Positions 18,530 through 29,605 of a stretch of DNA of 64,000 nucleotides are shown piece after piece. This DNA comes from Rhodothermales bacterium (GTDB lineage: Bacteria > Bacteroidota > Rhodothermia > Rhodothermales > Bin80). The notes beneath the pieces were generated by a model, which did not search any database, was not told the DNA's origin, and saw only the letters and a list, made by a program, of their open reading frames with translations. The stretch lies in assembly GCA_022822185.1 (NCBI GenBank), contig JAJECE010000079.1:547-64546 (forward strand), in the 5' to 3' direction. Within the stretch, counting starts at the first letter, position 1, and every line of letters begins with the position of its first letter. The position numbers and the translations under genes are program-made.

Positions 18530-19796
18530 AAAAAGAGATAACGAGCGACTCACCTGCTCATTTTGTCACCGTACAACCGATGAGGTGGACTCCCTTGTTG
18601 CAGGTCAGAATGCGTTTATTTGTGATCAGTGTATTGCAGATGCTTACATCATGCTGAATGATTCAGAAAAGATGAGTTCAAGATCAAAGCGTCGTGCCCC
18701 GAGAAAGAAAAAAAATCGCCGCCTGCCACTGCTCCCTAAAAAAATCAAGGCAGAACTGGATAAGTATGTAATTGGACAGGAGTATGCCAAAAAATCTTTG
18801 GCGGTGGCCGTGTACAATCACTACAAACGGGTTGACTCTGAACAGTTTGTAACGGATTACAAGGATGTTGAAATCGAAAAATCGAATATCCTGCTTTTAG
18901 GATCAAGCGGTACCGGAAAGACCCTGCTTGCACGTACCCTTGCCCGGATTCTGGATGTGCCATTCTCCATCAGTGATGCGACAAGTCTGACGGAAGCCGG
19001 CTACGTTGGTGAAGATGTGGAAACAATTTTGTCGAACTTGCTGTCCGCGGCGGAATTTGAGGTCGGGGATGCAGAGCGTGGAATCATATTTATTGATGAG
19101 ATTGATAAAATTTCGCGCAAAAGCCATAATGCCTCCATTACACGGGATGTGTCCGGGGAAGGAGTGCAGCAGGCATTGCTGAAAGTCATGGAAGGAACCG
19201 TCGCCGGCGTACCTCCCAAAGGCGGACGCAAACATCCCGAACAAAGCCTGATAAATATTGATACGAGAGGAATCCTCTTTATTTGCGGAGGTGCATTTGA
19301 AGGACTCTCCGAAATCATCGCCCGCCGGCTCAACGTAAACCAGATCGGGTTTGCATCTACCCCCGAGCGGCGCTATGATGAATCGGATACGTCCATATTA
19401 CAGTTCGTGGAGCCGGAAGACTTGGTGCAGTATGGGCTGATCCCTGAACTTATTGGACGGTTACCACTTGCGGCGGCCCTGGAACCGCTCTTGGATGAAG
19501 AGATGATGCGAATCCTCACAGAGCCAAAAAATGCCGTAATCCGACAGTATCAGAAGATGTTTGCAATGGATGGGGTGGATCTGGTGTTTGATGAATCGGC
19601 ACTGCGCAGTATCGTGAAGCGTGCGCGCAAACTGGGCACCGGTGCACGAGGACTCCGCAGCGTACTGGAGCAGGCCATGCTGGATATCATGTTTGAGATT
19701 CACAGCGTGAAGGATGTAGGCCTCTGCCTGATTACCGAAGAGACCATCACATTGGGAAAACCGCCGGTTTACGAAAAGCGCAAGGCTTCTGCCTGA
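18522..19796 (+). CDS. clpX: ATP-dependent Clp protease ATP-binding subunit ClpX
   Basis: N-terminal zinc ribbon CSFCHRTTDEVDSLVAGQNAFICDQC. Walker A LLGSSGTGKTLLA. Walker B IIFIDEIDK. Sensor region GTGARGLRS. Confidence 0.95.
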   Translation: MSKKRDNERLTCSFCHRTTDEVDSLVAGQNAFICDQCIADAYIMLNDSEKMSSRSKRRAPRKKKNRRLPLLPKKIKAELDKYVIGQEYAKKSLAVAVYNHYKRVDSEQFVTDYKDVEIEKSNILLLGSSGTGKTLLARTLARILDVPFSISDATSLTEAGYVGEDVETILSNLLSAAEFEVGDAERGIIFIDEIDKISRKSHNASITRDVSGEGVQQALLKVMEGTVAGVPPKGGRKHPEQSLINIDTRGILFICGGAFEGLSEIIARRLNVNQIGFASTPERRYDESDTSILQFVEPEDLVQYGLIPELIGRLPLAAALEPLLDEEMMRILTEPKNAVIRQYQKMFAMDGVDLVFDESALRSIVKRARKLGTGARGLRSVLEQAMLDIMFEIHSVKDVGLCLITEETITLGKPPVYEKRKASA

Positions 19797-19801
19797 ATTG
19801 C

Positions 19802-22003
19802 ATGAGGGGCCTGCTAGGAATTGCCCTGTTCGGACTCGTACCCGTGTCAGTAGCTCTGGCGCAGTCAGACCTCTTGAATGTGAATGAGAACACATCTGTG
19901 CGGCGCATAGAGTTTCGCTATGTGGATGCAGAGCGCTACCCGCCCAGGTTCAGCATCTCGGAACTTCGTCAATTGACCGCACTGCGTGCGGTTCCCCGCC
20001 GGTACCGGCTTATCAGATTATTGCAGCGCACGGTACGGGATGATTATATCCTGAACCCGATTGAATTGCAACGGGATGTGGTTCGGCTTCGTCAGGCTTT
20101 TCAGGAAGCCGGTTACCTGCATACTCATGTAGACTATTCCGCTTCCTTACTGAATCAGGCATCCAACACTGTAACCATCCGGTTTCAGATTACTCAGGGA
20201 CCTCCAGTGATTATTCAGGATGTCGGGTTTTATGCAGAATCGGGGTATCTGGCGGCGAGCCTGGATACAGAATTGCGTGAAGCATGGATTGACTTTCGGG
20301 ACCGGACTAGTTTTGAAGTAGGGGATGTGTTCACGCATTTTGAACTGGTACAGATTGAGGATGAAGTGTTGAGCTGGTTCAAGGATAAAGGATATGCGTT
20401 CGCCGAATTGGTTACATCCTTCAATGTTGATTCGGTCATCAATGCCGCAGATATCAGTTTTCAGGTGGATACAGGGCCACTCGGTTCGGTTCATCAAATT
20501 GAGATTCAGGGAGCGTCTGCCGTGAACCGGCGGGTTATTTTGCGAGCCCTGCCTTTCAGGGAGGGGGATCTGTTTTCGCAGCGGGATCTGATTGATGGAC
20601 AGCGGGCATTGTTTGCTTTGGGGCTTTTCAGTGTTGTTCAGGTGCAGACCCCTCCGCAGGCACGGGACAGCACGGTCAATGTGCGGATTAACCTGGAGCG
20701 TGCACGGCCCCGTCATATATCTGCCGAAACCGGGTATCACCAGCGTGAGGGAATCACGGGGGAGGGGCGCTGGACGCACCGCAATTTTCTGGATGGGGCA
20801 CGGACTTTAACCCTGACCGCCCAGATTCAGACCGGCTTATTGGCGACAGCCGGGATTGGCGCAGTAACAGGGCGATCTGCACGCGGCGCCGTTGCGCTGA
20901 CGCAGCCCTACCTTGGGATCAGCCAATTGCGGGCAATTCTGGAACCGTTCATACAGTATGAGCGGGATCCCCTTGCCGGAGCATCCTCGAAGATCTTCGA
21001 CTTTAACCGGCGTGAGGTTGGCGTGTCCACAACGTTTATTTATGGCTTACAGCAGACGCGGGTCACTAGTCTGCGCTACAGTTTCAGTCGCACAAAAAAC
21101 TTTACGGCGATTACATCGGGAGATGCCTATGATAAGAGTATTTTGATTCTTGGCGGAACACTGGGGTGGACGGATAACCTGTTGCGCCCGACCTACGGGG
21201 TAATTCTGCAGCCACTGATTGAGCAGGGGGGGCGGATTGAATCCTGGCTTGGTACCCGCCCGTTCGGGGTCAATTACCTGAAGATGCAATTGCAGGTGGC
21301 GGGATACTGGCCTCTATCCAGGAATGTCAATTTTAGCGGGCGATTCAAGGCAGGGCGGATTTGGCCGGGAGGAATCCGGCACAGGACACTTTACAGTTCT
21401 GAAGGAGCTGAGACCGTGGACACACAGTTTTTGCAGCCTACCGAAGACCGGTTTGATCCATTGAGGTTTTATATTGGCGGAGCAGATGATGTACGGGGCT
21501 GGAGTACAGGGCTGGCAGGCCCCAAGGCAATCCGCATCCCGTCACGCACACCCGGTGAGGGGGGCGATTCGGTGGACGGTGTGTATGAACCGATTGGAGG
21601 GCTGGCTCGTTTAGCAGCCAGCGTGGAACTCCGGTTTCGTCTGAGTGGGCCGTGGTACGGGGCGGCGTTTGCAGATGCGGGAGCGGTCTCCTCCCTGCGT
21701 GCAGAAAATTGTGCGAAGACTTTCTTTGAGGATCCAGACCGGACCATTCGCATTCCAGTTCAGTGCGGATTCAGAGATACCGGGCGGATTACCCTGCGCC
21801 AGTTCAAGGTTGGGGCTGGATTGGGGCTGCGCTATGATACCCCGATTGGATTTATTCGCCTCGATGTGGCGGCGAAACTAAATCCCGATCCCCTGGATTT
21901 GCAGTCCTCTGGCGATGCACTGGCAGCCGCCGGATCCCAGAAAGACAGCAGGAATACATGGTACCGTTTTAATGTCCATTTCAGTATTGGGCAGGCATTT
22001 TAA
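19802..22003 (+). CDS. BamA/TamA family (Omp85) outer membrane protein
   Basis: Signal peptide, POTRA-like N-terminal region, and C-terminal beta-barrel ending in ...HFSIGQAF. It lies immediately upstream of the TamB-like gene. Confidence 0.8.
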   Translation: MRGLLGIALFGLVPVSVALAQSDLLNVNENTSVRRIEFRYVDAERYPPRFSISELRQLTALRAVPRRYRLIRLLQRTVRDDYILNPIELQRDVVRLRQAFQEAGYLHTHVDYSASLLNQASNTVTIRFQITQGPPVIIQDVGFYAESGYLAASLDTELREAWIDFRDRTSFEVGDVFTHFELVQIEDEVLSWFKDKGYAFAELVTSFNVDSVINAADISFQVDTGPLGSVHQIEIQGASAVNRRVILRALPFREGDLFSQRDLIDGQRALFALGLFSVVQVQTPPQARDSTVNVRINLERARPRHISAETGYHQREGITGEGRWTHRNFLDGARTLTLTAQIQTGLLATAGIGAVTGRSARGAVALTQPYLGISQLRAILEPFIQYERDPLAGASSKIFDFNRREVGVSTTFIYGLQQTRVTSLRYSFSRTKNFTAITSGDAYDKSILILGGTLGWTDNLLRPTYGVILQPLIEQGGRIESWLGTRPFGVNYLKMQLQVAGYWPLSRNVNFSGRFKAGRIWPGGIRHRTLYSSEGAETVDTQFLQPTEDRFDPLRFYIGGADDVRGWSTGLAGPKAIRIPSRTPGEGGDSVDGVYEPIGGLARLAASVELRFRLSGPWYGAAFADAGAVSSLRAENCAKTFFEDPDRTIRIPVQCGFRDTGRITLRQFKVGAGLGLRYDTPIGFIRLDVAAKLNPDPLDLQSSGDALAAAGSQKDSRNTWYRFNVHFSIGQAF

Positions 22004-25000
22004 GAACCGCTGGCTGGTGATCACTGGAGTCGTACTGGTGCTCGGGTTTGCACAGACTCCATGGTGCCTGAGTTGGCTGGCACGCCGGGCATTGGATGCC
22101 GGTGAGACAGAATTCACATTTGACTCCCTGCATGGGTTCTGGATGCACGCATTGGAAGTGCGGGGATTGGAGGGGATGGTTGGCAGTCACCGGATTCAAG
22201 TGGATACGGCAGAAGTCCGTCTTTCCCCCGCACACCTGCTAGCCGGTCGCATCCAGATACGTCATGCAGTGCTTAAGCAGCCGGCATTTCATTTCAATCA
22301 TTCGCCATCCGAAAAAACTGAGGATATGGACGAAGGGGGAGCGGGGTTCGGGTCTCTTGGTTTTCTTCGGGTTGAATCCATGCATCTACAGGGAGGCAGT
22401 TTTTATCTGGAGGAACAGGAACTTGAAATTTCCCGGATTGGGATACAGGGCCAGATTACTTCGTCTGCACTGCAGGTGGATACGCTGTACGGTGACCTTG
22501 CCTGGCAGCAAGCGGATTTACAAGTCTCTGCAGAGTTCCGCATGGAACTGGATCAAGGGCTGTTCAACATAGATACGCTCTCGCTGAAGGGGCCGGCGAC
22601 CGCGATTGGCGCCCGTGGGATTCTGGGACCGCAAACGAATCTGGATATTGTTGCAACACCACTTTCGAGAGATGTATTAGAAGTGTTTTTGCCGAACATG
22701 GAGGAAGAGCTGGTTGTGGAGATGGCAATCCAGGGAATGAAGGATTCACTGCATTTGGCATTCGATGGAAAATCCCGGCATGGATCGGTGCTGAAATTGC
22801 GTGGAAATACGCAGATTGGTTCGCCCTCCGTACAGCTGGACACGTTGGAGTTTTCGAACTTTAATCTGGGGCATGTGTCTTCATATCTGGCCGGTAATCT
22901 GACGGGATCCGTATACGGTTATGTGGATGGGATGTCCTGGGATTCGCTCAATGGGAGAGTTGAGGTCAATCTGGAAGCGGGTACTCTCGCAGATATTCCC
23001 ATTGAACGGGTAAGCATACATGGGGACATGCGAGGGGGGGACATGCAGGTTCACGCTGACTCCAGACTTGCGATGGGTTCGCTGGAGTTGGTCGGAATGG
23101 CTCGTCTTTCGCCTGCACGAGGGCAGTTTACCGGTCAATTCAGAGACCTTAATACCCAGGTGCTTGCCGCGCAGCATGAAAGTGCCATCAGTGGTGATTT
23201 TAGCGTCGCATGGGGAGATTCTCTGGAGGGAGTTGTGGAATTATTGCCGGGAAAATTGGGGAAATTGGACATCACCGGCGGGGAATTGCACTTGTACTCC
23301 AGGGATGATCTCCTCCGGTTTGCAGGTATTTTGCGGGGGGATTCTACACGAATTGCTCTGGAAGCGGGCCGCCATGCGTCTGGACTCACGGCGAGGCTTG
23401 AGGTAGATGCACTGGACGTAGATGCACTGATGAACCAGCAAAATATGCGCAGTCAGGTGAGTCTGACTGCTGTATCAACGACCAACTGGCCTCCAGACAG
23501 TATCATGACCCGGATTCATGTGCAGCCGTCTTCCTGGAATGAGATTCCCGTTACCCAGGGGGATATAACATTGTTACTGCGGGGGCTGAATCTTGATGTA
23601 GACGGAAGGATAGCGTTTCCATCGGGAAGCGTTGAACTGGAGGGTGGAGTACATTTTAGCAGTGCTTCTCCTGAATGGAACATAGATCACGGGCAGATCA
23701 GCGGCTTGAATTTGCAGGATATGGGGATTGATATAGAGACCGTGCTGAATGCACAGGCGCAATTTTCCGGCAGAGGGCTGCAAAATGCTAACGGGACGTT
23801 CACTGTCGCATCTTCAATGATCAATCGTGAGACGGTTACCAGAGGCATAATTGCGCTGGAGATGTCACAGGGAGAGGCCGTCATCGACAGTCGGTTGCGG
23901 GTTGGGTCTGGAGAGTTGGAGATGCGGGCGCATTCGATTCCATTTGATGCTCCGCTGACCGTCAATCTTTCAGGAGGTGCATTTTCGGATATTGATGCGG
24001 GAGCACTTGTGGGGCTGGATTCATTCTCAACCCTGCTTACGGGACAGATTGACAGTTTGCAGTGGGGCACCAGAAGATATGTCACCTTGTCCCTGGACTC
24101 CTCAACGGTAAATGAATTGGTGATTACTGCCGCCCAGATGCACATAGAATCAGCGGGAGATTCGGTATCTGCCTCTGGAGTGGTTGAACTAGAGGACGGA
24201 TATGTAGATGTTGAGCATGTGCACATCGGCGCAGAACAGGAAGTACTGGCCAGAGGATCCTTCCGCAATCTATCCATGAATGATCTGGGCTTGGCAGATA
24301 TACAACTCAGCGGATCTCTCGATATAGATATGAAGGGGATGGACCCGCGAACCATGATCGTCCGTCATGTACGGATTGAAGCCGACAGCACGAAGATAGG
24401 TAATGTAGAACTGGACCGCTTCAGGTTTACAGGGACACTGGATAGGGGGATCGTCCGGCTTGGTGCATTTGATCTATCCAGTAATGCCGGTTGGCTGGGT
24501 GCACAGGGAGGGGTTGCGATCTTTGGCGGATCATCGGACTCTGTACAATTTCATGGAGCACTTACAAATCCAGGGGTTCTTGCAGAATGGACGGGAGGTA
24601 TTCCGGTTGCCGGCGGCACAACAGATACCCTGTGGGGACAGTTGACCTATCATGCCGATTCACTGCGATGGGCCGCGGGAATCACGACGCGGCCGTTAAC
24701 CTGGCGCACCATGCGTGCGTTTCGGGTTTCCGGGTATGCGGAGGGGACACTGGAGGATTTGAAGCCCCGTCTCAGCAGCGCCGAAGTGGTTCTTGAGCGG
24801 CTGTCGGTTCCAACGCTGGCGACCCGGCGCACCTGGCTCAAACTTGAAGGGCAGCAGGAGAGAATCCACTATGAGGCGCGGCTCGGTGTAGATGACCGCC
24901 GCTCCCTCTACATGGACGGGGAGGCCGATCTGACGGCACGTCGGGGAAGGTTACGCAATTTGGACCTCTATCTGGATGATGCCGAGTGGCATCTAGGGGT

Positions 25001-26816
25001 GCCGGCTGAAATTCTGGTCGATGACGGGATCCGGATTCGCTATTTTGTTCTGGAGAGTGAAGATCAGGAAATCACCCTGGACGGGATCGTGAACCCGGAC
25101 GGGGAGCAGCGGCTGGGGCTTAACCTCTACAATGTCCAACTTGCTCCCTTTACCGATATTCTGGGGATACCAAGTCTTGGAGGGGTTGCCAATGCCGATC
25201 TGTTCTTTCATGGACCGGCAACCGCACCGCAGTTGACGGGTTCGGTGAATCTGATGGTGAATTCAGACAATGAGCGGGTTGGGAGCGTAGATGCCCGGAT
25301 GGATTATCAGGAGAATGGTCTGGATATGGAAGCAGAGTTTGTCCATGTAGACGGGAGCACCCTCACCATGGTTGGTCTTTTGCCTCTGGATCTGCGATTG
25401 AAAAAGGATCAGGAGGCTTTCTTCCCTGATGCATCCCTGTCAATGCAGGCGGATGCATTCAATATCTCGTGGGTCAGCCCTTTTCTGGCCCAGGATGAAA
25501 TCAGCAGCCTCAGGGGGAAACTGACTGCAGATATTGGAATGACAGGATCTCTGACTGCTCCCAGGCTGAGCGGAGAACTCTCTCTCTCTGGGGGATTCGC
25601 CCGGCTGCCGCAGCTCAGGATTCGGCCAGCAGAGGTACAACTCAATGCGGTGATGCGTCAGGATACGGTTTATGTTCAAAATCTGTATGCCGAAAGTGGT
25701 CAGGGTGCCGTCAGCGGGACAGGGCATATGACCCTGGGTGAACCGGATCGGGGAGGAATTGATCTGGCGATGAATCTGCGGGATTTCCGGGTGGCGAATA
25801 CGGCCCCCTATGTTGCGGATGTCAGCGGATCGGCGGTATTGGGGGGGACGGTGCGGAGCCCGGAACTGACGGGGCATATTGAGATGACCAGTGCGGTGAT
25901 TCGGCCGCAGGATGTACCGGTGACGCTGGCAGACGGCACCATTAATTTTACGGAAACGGATCTGCAGATGCTGGAGCAATATTTTAATATCCGTGCAAGT
26001 GTATGGGACACCACCACCTATTCACTTGTAGACGCGCTTTCGATGGATTTATCGGTGGGGCTTCCGGGAACGGTGCGGTTACACAGTCTGCAGAACCCCG
26101 AGATGACCGTATTACTGAGTGGTTCGGTTTCCTTGAACAAGGAGCCGTACGCGGATCAGGAGCTTCATGGAACCGTAAGTATTGTGCCGGAACTCAGTTA
26201 TTTGCGGCAATTTGGGCGGCGCTTTGACATCCGGCGCGGGAGAGTGACCTTTGCGGGTGCGGCGACCAACCCGTTCTTTGACCTGCAGGCCGCGCTGGAT
26301 ATTCCGAATCAGAGCGGGCAGGAAACGCCCGTGACCATCCTGATGGATGCATCCGGGCGCTTGCAGGATCCGGAATCACTGACGCTGGAATTGCGGAGTG
26401 AGCCCGTACAACTTGACCGGGCAGATATGATCTCGTACATGGCGACCGGGCGGCCTGCGGCGGATGCATTTCAGCTGGCTGGAGGGGGCGCACTCCAGAG
26501 CGGCAGTGATCTGGCACTTCAGCAGCTGTCCAGTCTGGTGGCAGGGGCAGCGGGGGCGGGGCTGGGACTGGATGTGGTGCAGATCAATCCGGAAACCGGA
26601 CGCGGGGTGACGCTCACTGCCGGAAAGTATGTCTCTCGCAAGCTGTTTGCTTCGGTTAAATGGCCGATCAACGAAGCATCAACGACATCCAGCCGTTCGG
26701 TGGAAACGAATCGGGAATTAGTGATTGAATATGCCCTGTATCCATGGCTGATCGCCCGTATGCGCGGAGAGACCGGTGCGTTAGGACTGAGTATATTATC
26801 CCAGTATACATGGTAA
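21972..26816 (+). CDS. Translocation and assembly module protein TamB-like (DUF490 C-terminus)
   Basis: About 1600 aa with an N-terminal anchor WLVITGVVLVLGF, a long repetitive beta-rich body, and a C-terminal LTAGKYVSRKLF...YALYPWL...ILSQYTW typical of TamB. The ORF is open from 21915, but the start at 21972 precedes the TM anchor. Confidence 0.8.
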   Translation: MSISVLGRHFKNRWLVITGVVLVLGFAQTPWCLSWLARRALDAGETEFTFDSLHGFWMHALEVRGLEGMVGSHRIQVDTAEVRLSPAHLLAGRIQIRHAVLKQPAFHFNHSPSEKTEDMDEGGAGFGSLGFLRVESMHLQGGSFYLEEQELEISRIGIQGQITSSALQVDTLYGDLAWQQADLQVSAEFRMELDQGLFNIDTLSLKGPATAIGARGILGPQTNLDIVATPLSRDVLEVFLPNMEEELVVEMAIQGMKDSLHLAFDGKSRHGSVLKLRGNTQIGSPSVQLDTLEFSNFNLGHVSSYLAGNLTGSVYGYVDGMSWDSLNGRVEVNLEAGTLADIPIERVSIHGDMRGGDMQVHADSRLAMGSLELVGMARLSPARGQFTGQFRDLNTQVLAAQHESAISGDFSVAWGDSLEGVVELLPGKLGKLDITGGELHLYSRDDLLRFAGILRGDSTRIALEAGRHASGLTARLEVDALDVDALMNQQNMRSQVSLTAVSTTNWPPDSIMTRIHVQPSSWNEIPVTQGDITLLLRGLNLDVDGRIAFPSGSVELEGGVHFSSASPEWNIDHGQISGLNLQDMGIDIETVLNAQAQFSGRGLQNANGTFTVASSMINRETVTRGIIALEMSQGEAVIDSRLRVGSGELEMRAHSIPFDAPLTVNLSGGAFSDIDAGALVGLDSFSTLLTGQIDSLQWGTRRYVTLSLDSSTVNELVITAAQMHIESAGDSVSASGVVELEDGYVDVEHVHIGAEQEVLARGSFRNLSMNDLGLADIQLSGSLDIDMKGMDPRTMIVRHVRIEADSTKIGNVELDRFRFTGTLDRGIVRLGAFDLSSNAGWLGAQGGVAIFGGSSDSVQFHGALTNPGVLAEWTGGIPVAGGTTDTLWGQLTYHADSLRWAAGITTRPLTWRTMRAFRVSGYAEGTLEDLKPRLSSAEVVLERLSVPTLATRRTWLKLEGQQERIHYEARLGVDDRRSLYMDGEADLTARRGRLRNLDLYLDDAEWHLGVPAEILVDDGIRIRYFVLESEDQEITLDGIVNPDGEQRLGLNLYNVQLAPFTDILGIPSLGGVANADLFFHGPATAPQLTGSVNLMVNSDNERVGSVDARMDYQENGLDMEAEFVHVDGSTLTMVGLLPLDLRLKKDQEAFFPDASLSMQADAFNISWVSPFLAQDEISSLRGKLTADIGMTGSLTAPRLSGELSLSGGFARLPQLRIRPAEVQLNAVMRQDTVYVQNLYAESGQGAVSGTGHMTLGEPDRGGIDLAMNLRDFRVANTAPYVADVSGSAVLGGTVRSPELTGHIEMTSAVIRPQDVPVTLADGTINFTETDLQMLEQYFNIRASVWDTTTYSLVDALSMDLSVGLPGTVRLHSLQNPEMTVLLSGSVSLNKEPYADQELHGTVSIVPELSYLRQFGRRFDIRRGRVTFAGAATNPFFDLQAALDIPNQSGQETPVTILMDASGRLQDPESLTLELRSEPVQLDRADMISYMATGRPAADAFQLAGGGALQSGSDLALQQLSSLVAGAAGAGLGLDVVQINPETGRGVTLTAGKYVSRKLFASVKWPINEASTTSSRSVETNRELVIEYALYPWLIARMRGETGALGLSILSQYTW

Positions 26817-26826
26817 TGGATCCGTA

Positions 26827-27588
26827 ATGCGTATATGGGCGAAAATACTTGATGAAGTGGGCGCAATTGCAACGTTCGCGGGCATGTTCTTTCAGCAGTT
26901 GTTTCAGCGTCCGTTTGAGGGGCGGGAACTGATCCGCCAAATGGATGAGACGGGCTCCAAAAGCCTCCTCCTTGTTCTGGTAACCGGCTGTTCCATCGGG
27001 ATTGTGCTGTCTATGCAGAGCCGGGGTACTCTTGCACGGTTCGGGGCCGAGGCCGTTCTGCCGAGTATGCTGGCATTGTCGGTGGTCAAGGAGATTGGGC
27101 CGGTCATTACCTCGCTGGTACTTGCGGGTCGACTGGGAGCGGGCATTGCGGCAGAACTGGGATCCATGCGGGTCACGGAACAGATCGATGCATTGGAGGT
27201 CTCTGCCTTACAGCCCTTCAAGTATCTTGTCGTGACACGCGTTCTGGCCTGTGTGGTGATGTTTCCGCTTCTGACGATTGCCTGTGATATGGTTGCGCTA
27301 TTCGGAGGTTATGCAGAGTCGCTCCTGTCCAGTCATCTGGATTATCGCCTGTTTATTGATCAGGCGTTTTCGAGTCTCCGTCTGTCCGATGTGCTTTTCT
27401 CCACCGGGAAAACCGGTGTATTTGGATTTCTGGTCGCAATTATTGGCTGCTACTCAGGATATCATGTTCGGGGTGGCACCCGCGAAGTGGGGCAGGCTGC
27501 CATGCGTGCAGTGGTGATCGGGTCATTACTTGTACTTTTGGCGGATGTTATGATGGTTCGTCTGTCTCTGATTCTTTTTGGAAGTTGA
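26827..27588 (+). CDS. mlaE: MlaE-family ABC transporter permease
   Basis: 253-aa polytopic protein. GPVITSLVLAGRLGAGIAAELGSMRVTEQIDALE is the MlaE/YrbE signature. Confidence 0.9.
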   Translation: MRIWAKILDEVGAIATFAGMFFQQLFQRPFEGRELIRQMDETGSKSLLLVLVTGCSIGIVLSMQSRGTLARFGAEAVLPSMLALSVVKEIGPVITSLVLAGRLGAGIAAELGSMRVTEQIDALEVSALQPFKYLVVTRVLACVVMFPLLTIACDMVALFGGYAESLLSSHLDYRLFIDQAFSSLRLSDVLFSTGKTGVFGFLVAIIGCYSGYHVRGGTREVGQAAMRAVVIGSLLVLLADVMMVRLSLILFGS

Positions 27589-27589
27589 A

Positions 27590-28324
27590 ATGACAGAAAT
27601 ACAGCCAGAGATTGAGATCAGGAATCTTCACAAGGCATTTGGGGAGCGCAAAATTCTGCAAGGTGTGTCGGTTTGTGTTTCACGGGGCAGTACACTTGCG
27701 GTTATGGGAGGGTCCGGTACAGGGAAGAGTGTTCTGTTAAAGCATATGGTGGGCTTGATTGCACCTGATTCGGGAGAGGTGTGGGTTCAGGGAAAGCGGG
27801 TGGATCAGTTGGACCGGTCCAGCCTCAATGCATTGCGTCTTCGGATCGGATATTTATTTCAGGGAGGTGCACTGTTTGATTCAATGACGGTGGAAGAGAA
27901 CCTGGATTTTGTTTTGCGCCGACACAGTACACGATCTCGTTCGGAGCGCATGGAGCAGATCCAGGAGGCGATTGCATGGGTCAATCTCCCACATGCAGCT
28001 GCGCAGTATCCGGCCGAACTGTCTGGAGGTCAGAAAAAGCGGATTGCACTTGCACGTGCGATCATCTTGCGCCCGGACATTCTGCTCTGTGACGAACCTA
28101 CGACGGGCCTAGATCCTGTGAGTGTCCGGACCGTATCCAATCTGATCATGCGGCTCAAAGCCGAACGCGGCATTACGACCGTTGCCATCACCCATGATCT
28201 TTTGTGTGCGGAAATCATTGCGGATCAGGCAACGTTTCTGTATCGTGGACAGGCACTGGCCGAGGGTACGCTGGATGAACTGCGCACAAGCCCGCACCCG
28301 CAACTGCGTGAATTTTTCGGATAA
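27590..28324 (+). CDS. mlaF: MlaF-like ABC transporter ATP-binding protein
   Basis: Walker A GGSGTGKS, ABC signature LSGGQKKRIALARA, and Walker B ILLCDEPT. The ATG at 27590 is preferred over the TTG at 27578. Confidence 0.9.
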   Translation: MTEIQPEIEIRNLHKAFGERKILQGVSVCVSRGSTLAVMGGSGTGKSVLLKHMVGLIAPDSGEVWVQGKRVDQLDRSSLNALRLRIGYLFQGGALFDSMTVEENLDFVLRRHSTRSRSERMEQIQEAIAWVNLPHAAAQYPAELSGGQKKRIALARAIILRPDILLCDEPTTGLDPVSVRTVSNLIMRLKAERGITTVAITHDLLCAEIIADQATFLYRGQALAEGTLDELRTSPHPQLREFFG

Positions 28325-28457
28325 TGAGCATGGGGTTTCGGAGTTTTTGCAGCGATGATCGTGCGCGGCATTGCATGTTTACGGGAGCGATTGATGCACT
28401 TCGGTGCAACATTGCAGGGCGATTTGCTTTTCATTGCCGATCATGTCTATCTGTTGA

Positions 28458-29522
28458 ATGATGTCCACCCGGGTCCGTGTTGGTCTTGTTGTCATGATTT
28501 GTTTAGGGCTTCTGACGGCCGTCCTGTTCGTTGTCGGCAGCCAGACCTTACTCTTCAGTGACCGGTTTCTGGTCCGGTCGCAATTCAATTCGGTCGCCGG
28601 CCTGAGGCCTGGTGCGGATGTGCAGTTTCAGGGGGTGAGTATTGGTGCGGTTCAGAGTGTTGCCCTCCCCAATGAGCCGGGGGGGATGATTGAAGTCACG
28701 ATGGGGATCCGGACCAGAGCCCGGTCCATTCTGCATCAGGGCACTCAGGCAGAGATCAAGACCGAGGGACTTCTGGGCAGTATGATTGTCGTACTAGTGA
28801 ACCCCCCGATGGCGGGCGGGGAACCCGCCCCGCTGGAGAATCTTGATCTCATTACAGGAGTCGATCCCTTTGATCTCTTCGAAATCACCGACAAGGCCCT
28901 TGCATCGGTGCAGCGGTTTGAGCAGTCCGCGACATCATTTGAGGGGATCGTTGATGATATCCGGGCGGGCGAAGGCACCTTGGGCAAACTCATTTACGAT
29001 CCTGAATTATACAACAGTATGGTGGCTACCGCACAGGAAACCGAACGTCTTATGGCCAATCTTGGGGACGATGCAGAGGCGCTGGTCATGCTTGCCACTC
29101 AGGCTACAGAGGGAGTGGAATCTATCCTTGGAAAGTTGGATGCGGGGAGTGGGACGTTTGCCCAGCTCCTCAATGATTCGGGGTTGTACGAGTCGGTGCA
29201 GGCCAGTGCGGATACGCTTCAGCAGATCATTGTCGGGGTCGGGATTTTGACGCGGCGCGTGGAGGCGATGGCAGAATGGGCATCTCTGGGGGCATTCCGG
29301 TTTGCAGAACTCATGGAGGCCGGGAAACATAACTGGCTCTTCAAGCGATACTTTGAGGAGCGGGGATTCATGGAGCAGGCACCGTTTGAGGTGCGGGAAC
29401 AGGCGATTGCAGAAAGTTTTGAGGCGCTTGAGGCAAAGACGCAGCAGCTTCTGGCACTGGAGGCGCGTCTGGAGGCGAGGGCGGCGATGCTTGACTCATT
29501 ACAGCGGCAACTGGGCCAGTAG
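28458..29522 (+). CDS. mlaD: MlaD/MCE family protein with a long helical C-terminal extension
   Basis: N-terminal TM segment, then an MCE domain (FNSVAGLRPGADVQFQGVSIGAVQSVAL). Positioned after mlaE and mlaF. Confidence 0.85.
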   Translation: MMSTRVRVGLVVMICLGLLTAVLFVVGSQTLLFSDRFLVRSQFNSVAGLRPGADVQFQGVSIGAVQSVALPNEPGGMIEVTMGIRTRARSILHQGTQAEIKTEGLLGSMIVVLVNPPMAGGEPAPLENLDLITGVDPFDLFEITDKALASVQRFEQSATSFEGIVDDIRAGEGTLGKLIYDPELYNSMVATAQETERLMANLGDDAEALVMLATQATEGVESILGKLDAGSGTFAQLLNDSGLYESVQASADTLQQIIVGVGILTRRVEAMAEWASLGAFRFAELMEAGKHNWLFKRYFEERGFMEQAPFEVREQAIAESFEALEAKTQQLLALEARLEARAAMLDSLQRQLGQ

Positions 29523-29605
29523 ACGTGGATTCTCCGCTTGTTTATTCCAGCCGGGCACGGTGGTGCGCAAGCCGTTCGCTTTTAGGGCATCTCTTTCGGC
29601 GTAGC

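Noticed and set aside
18522-29522. The clpX-tamA-tamB-mlaEFD cluster as a possible novel envelope system
   Set aside because: All members are standard housekeeping envelope-biogenesis genes with canonical motifs. Their adjacency is unremarkable.
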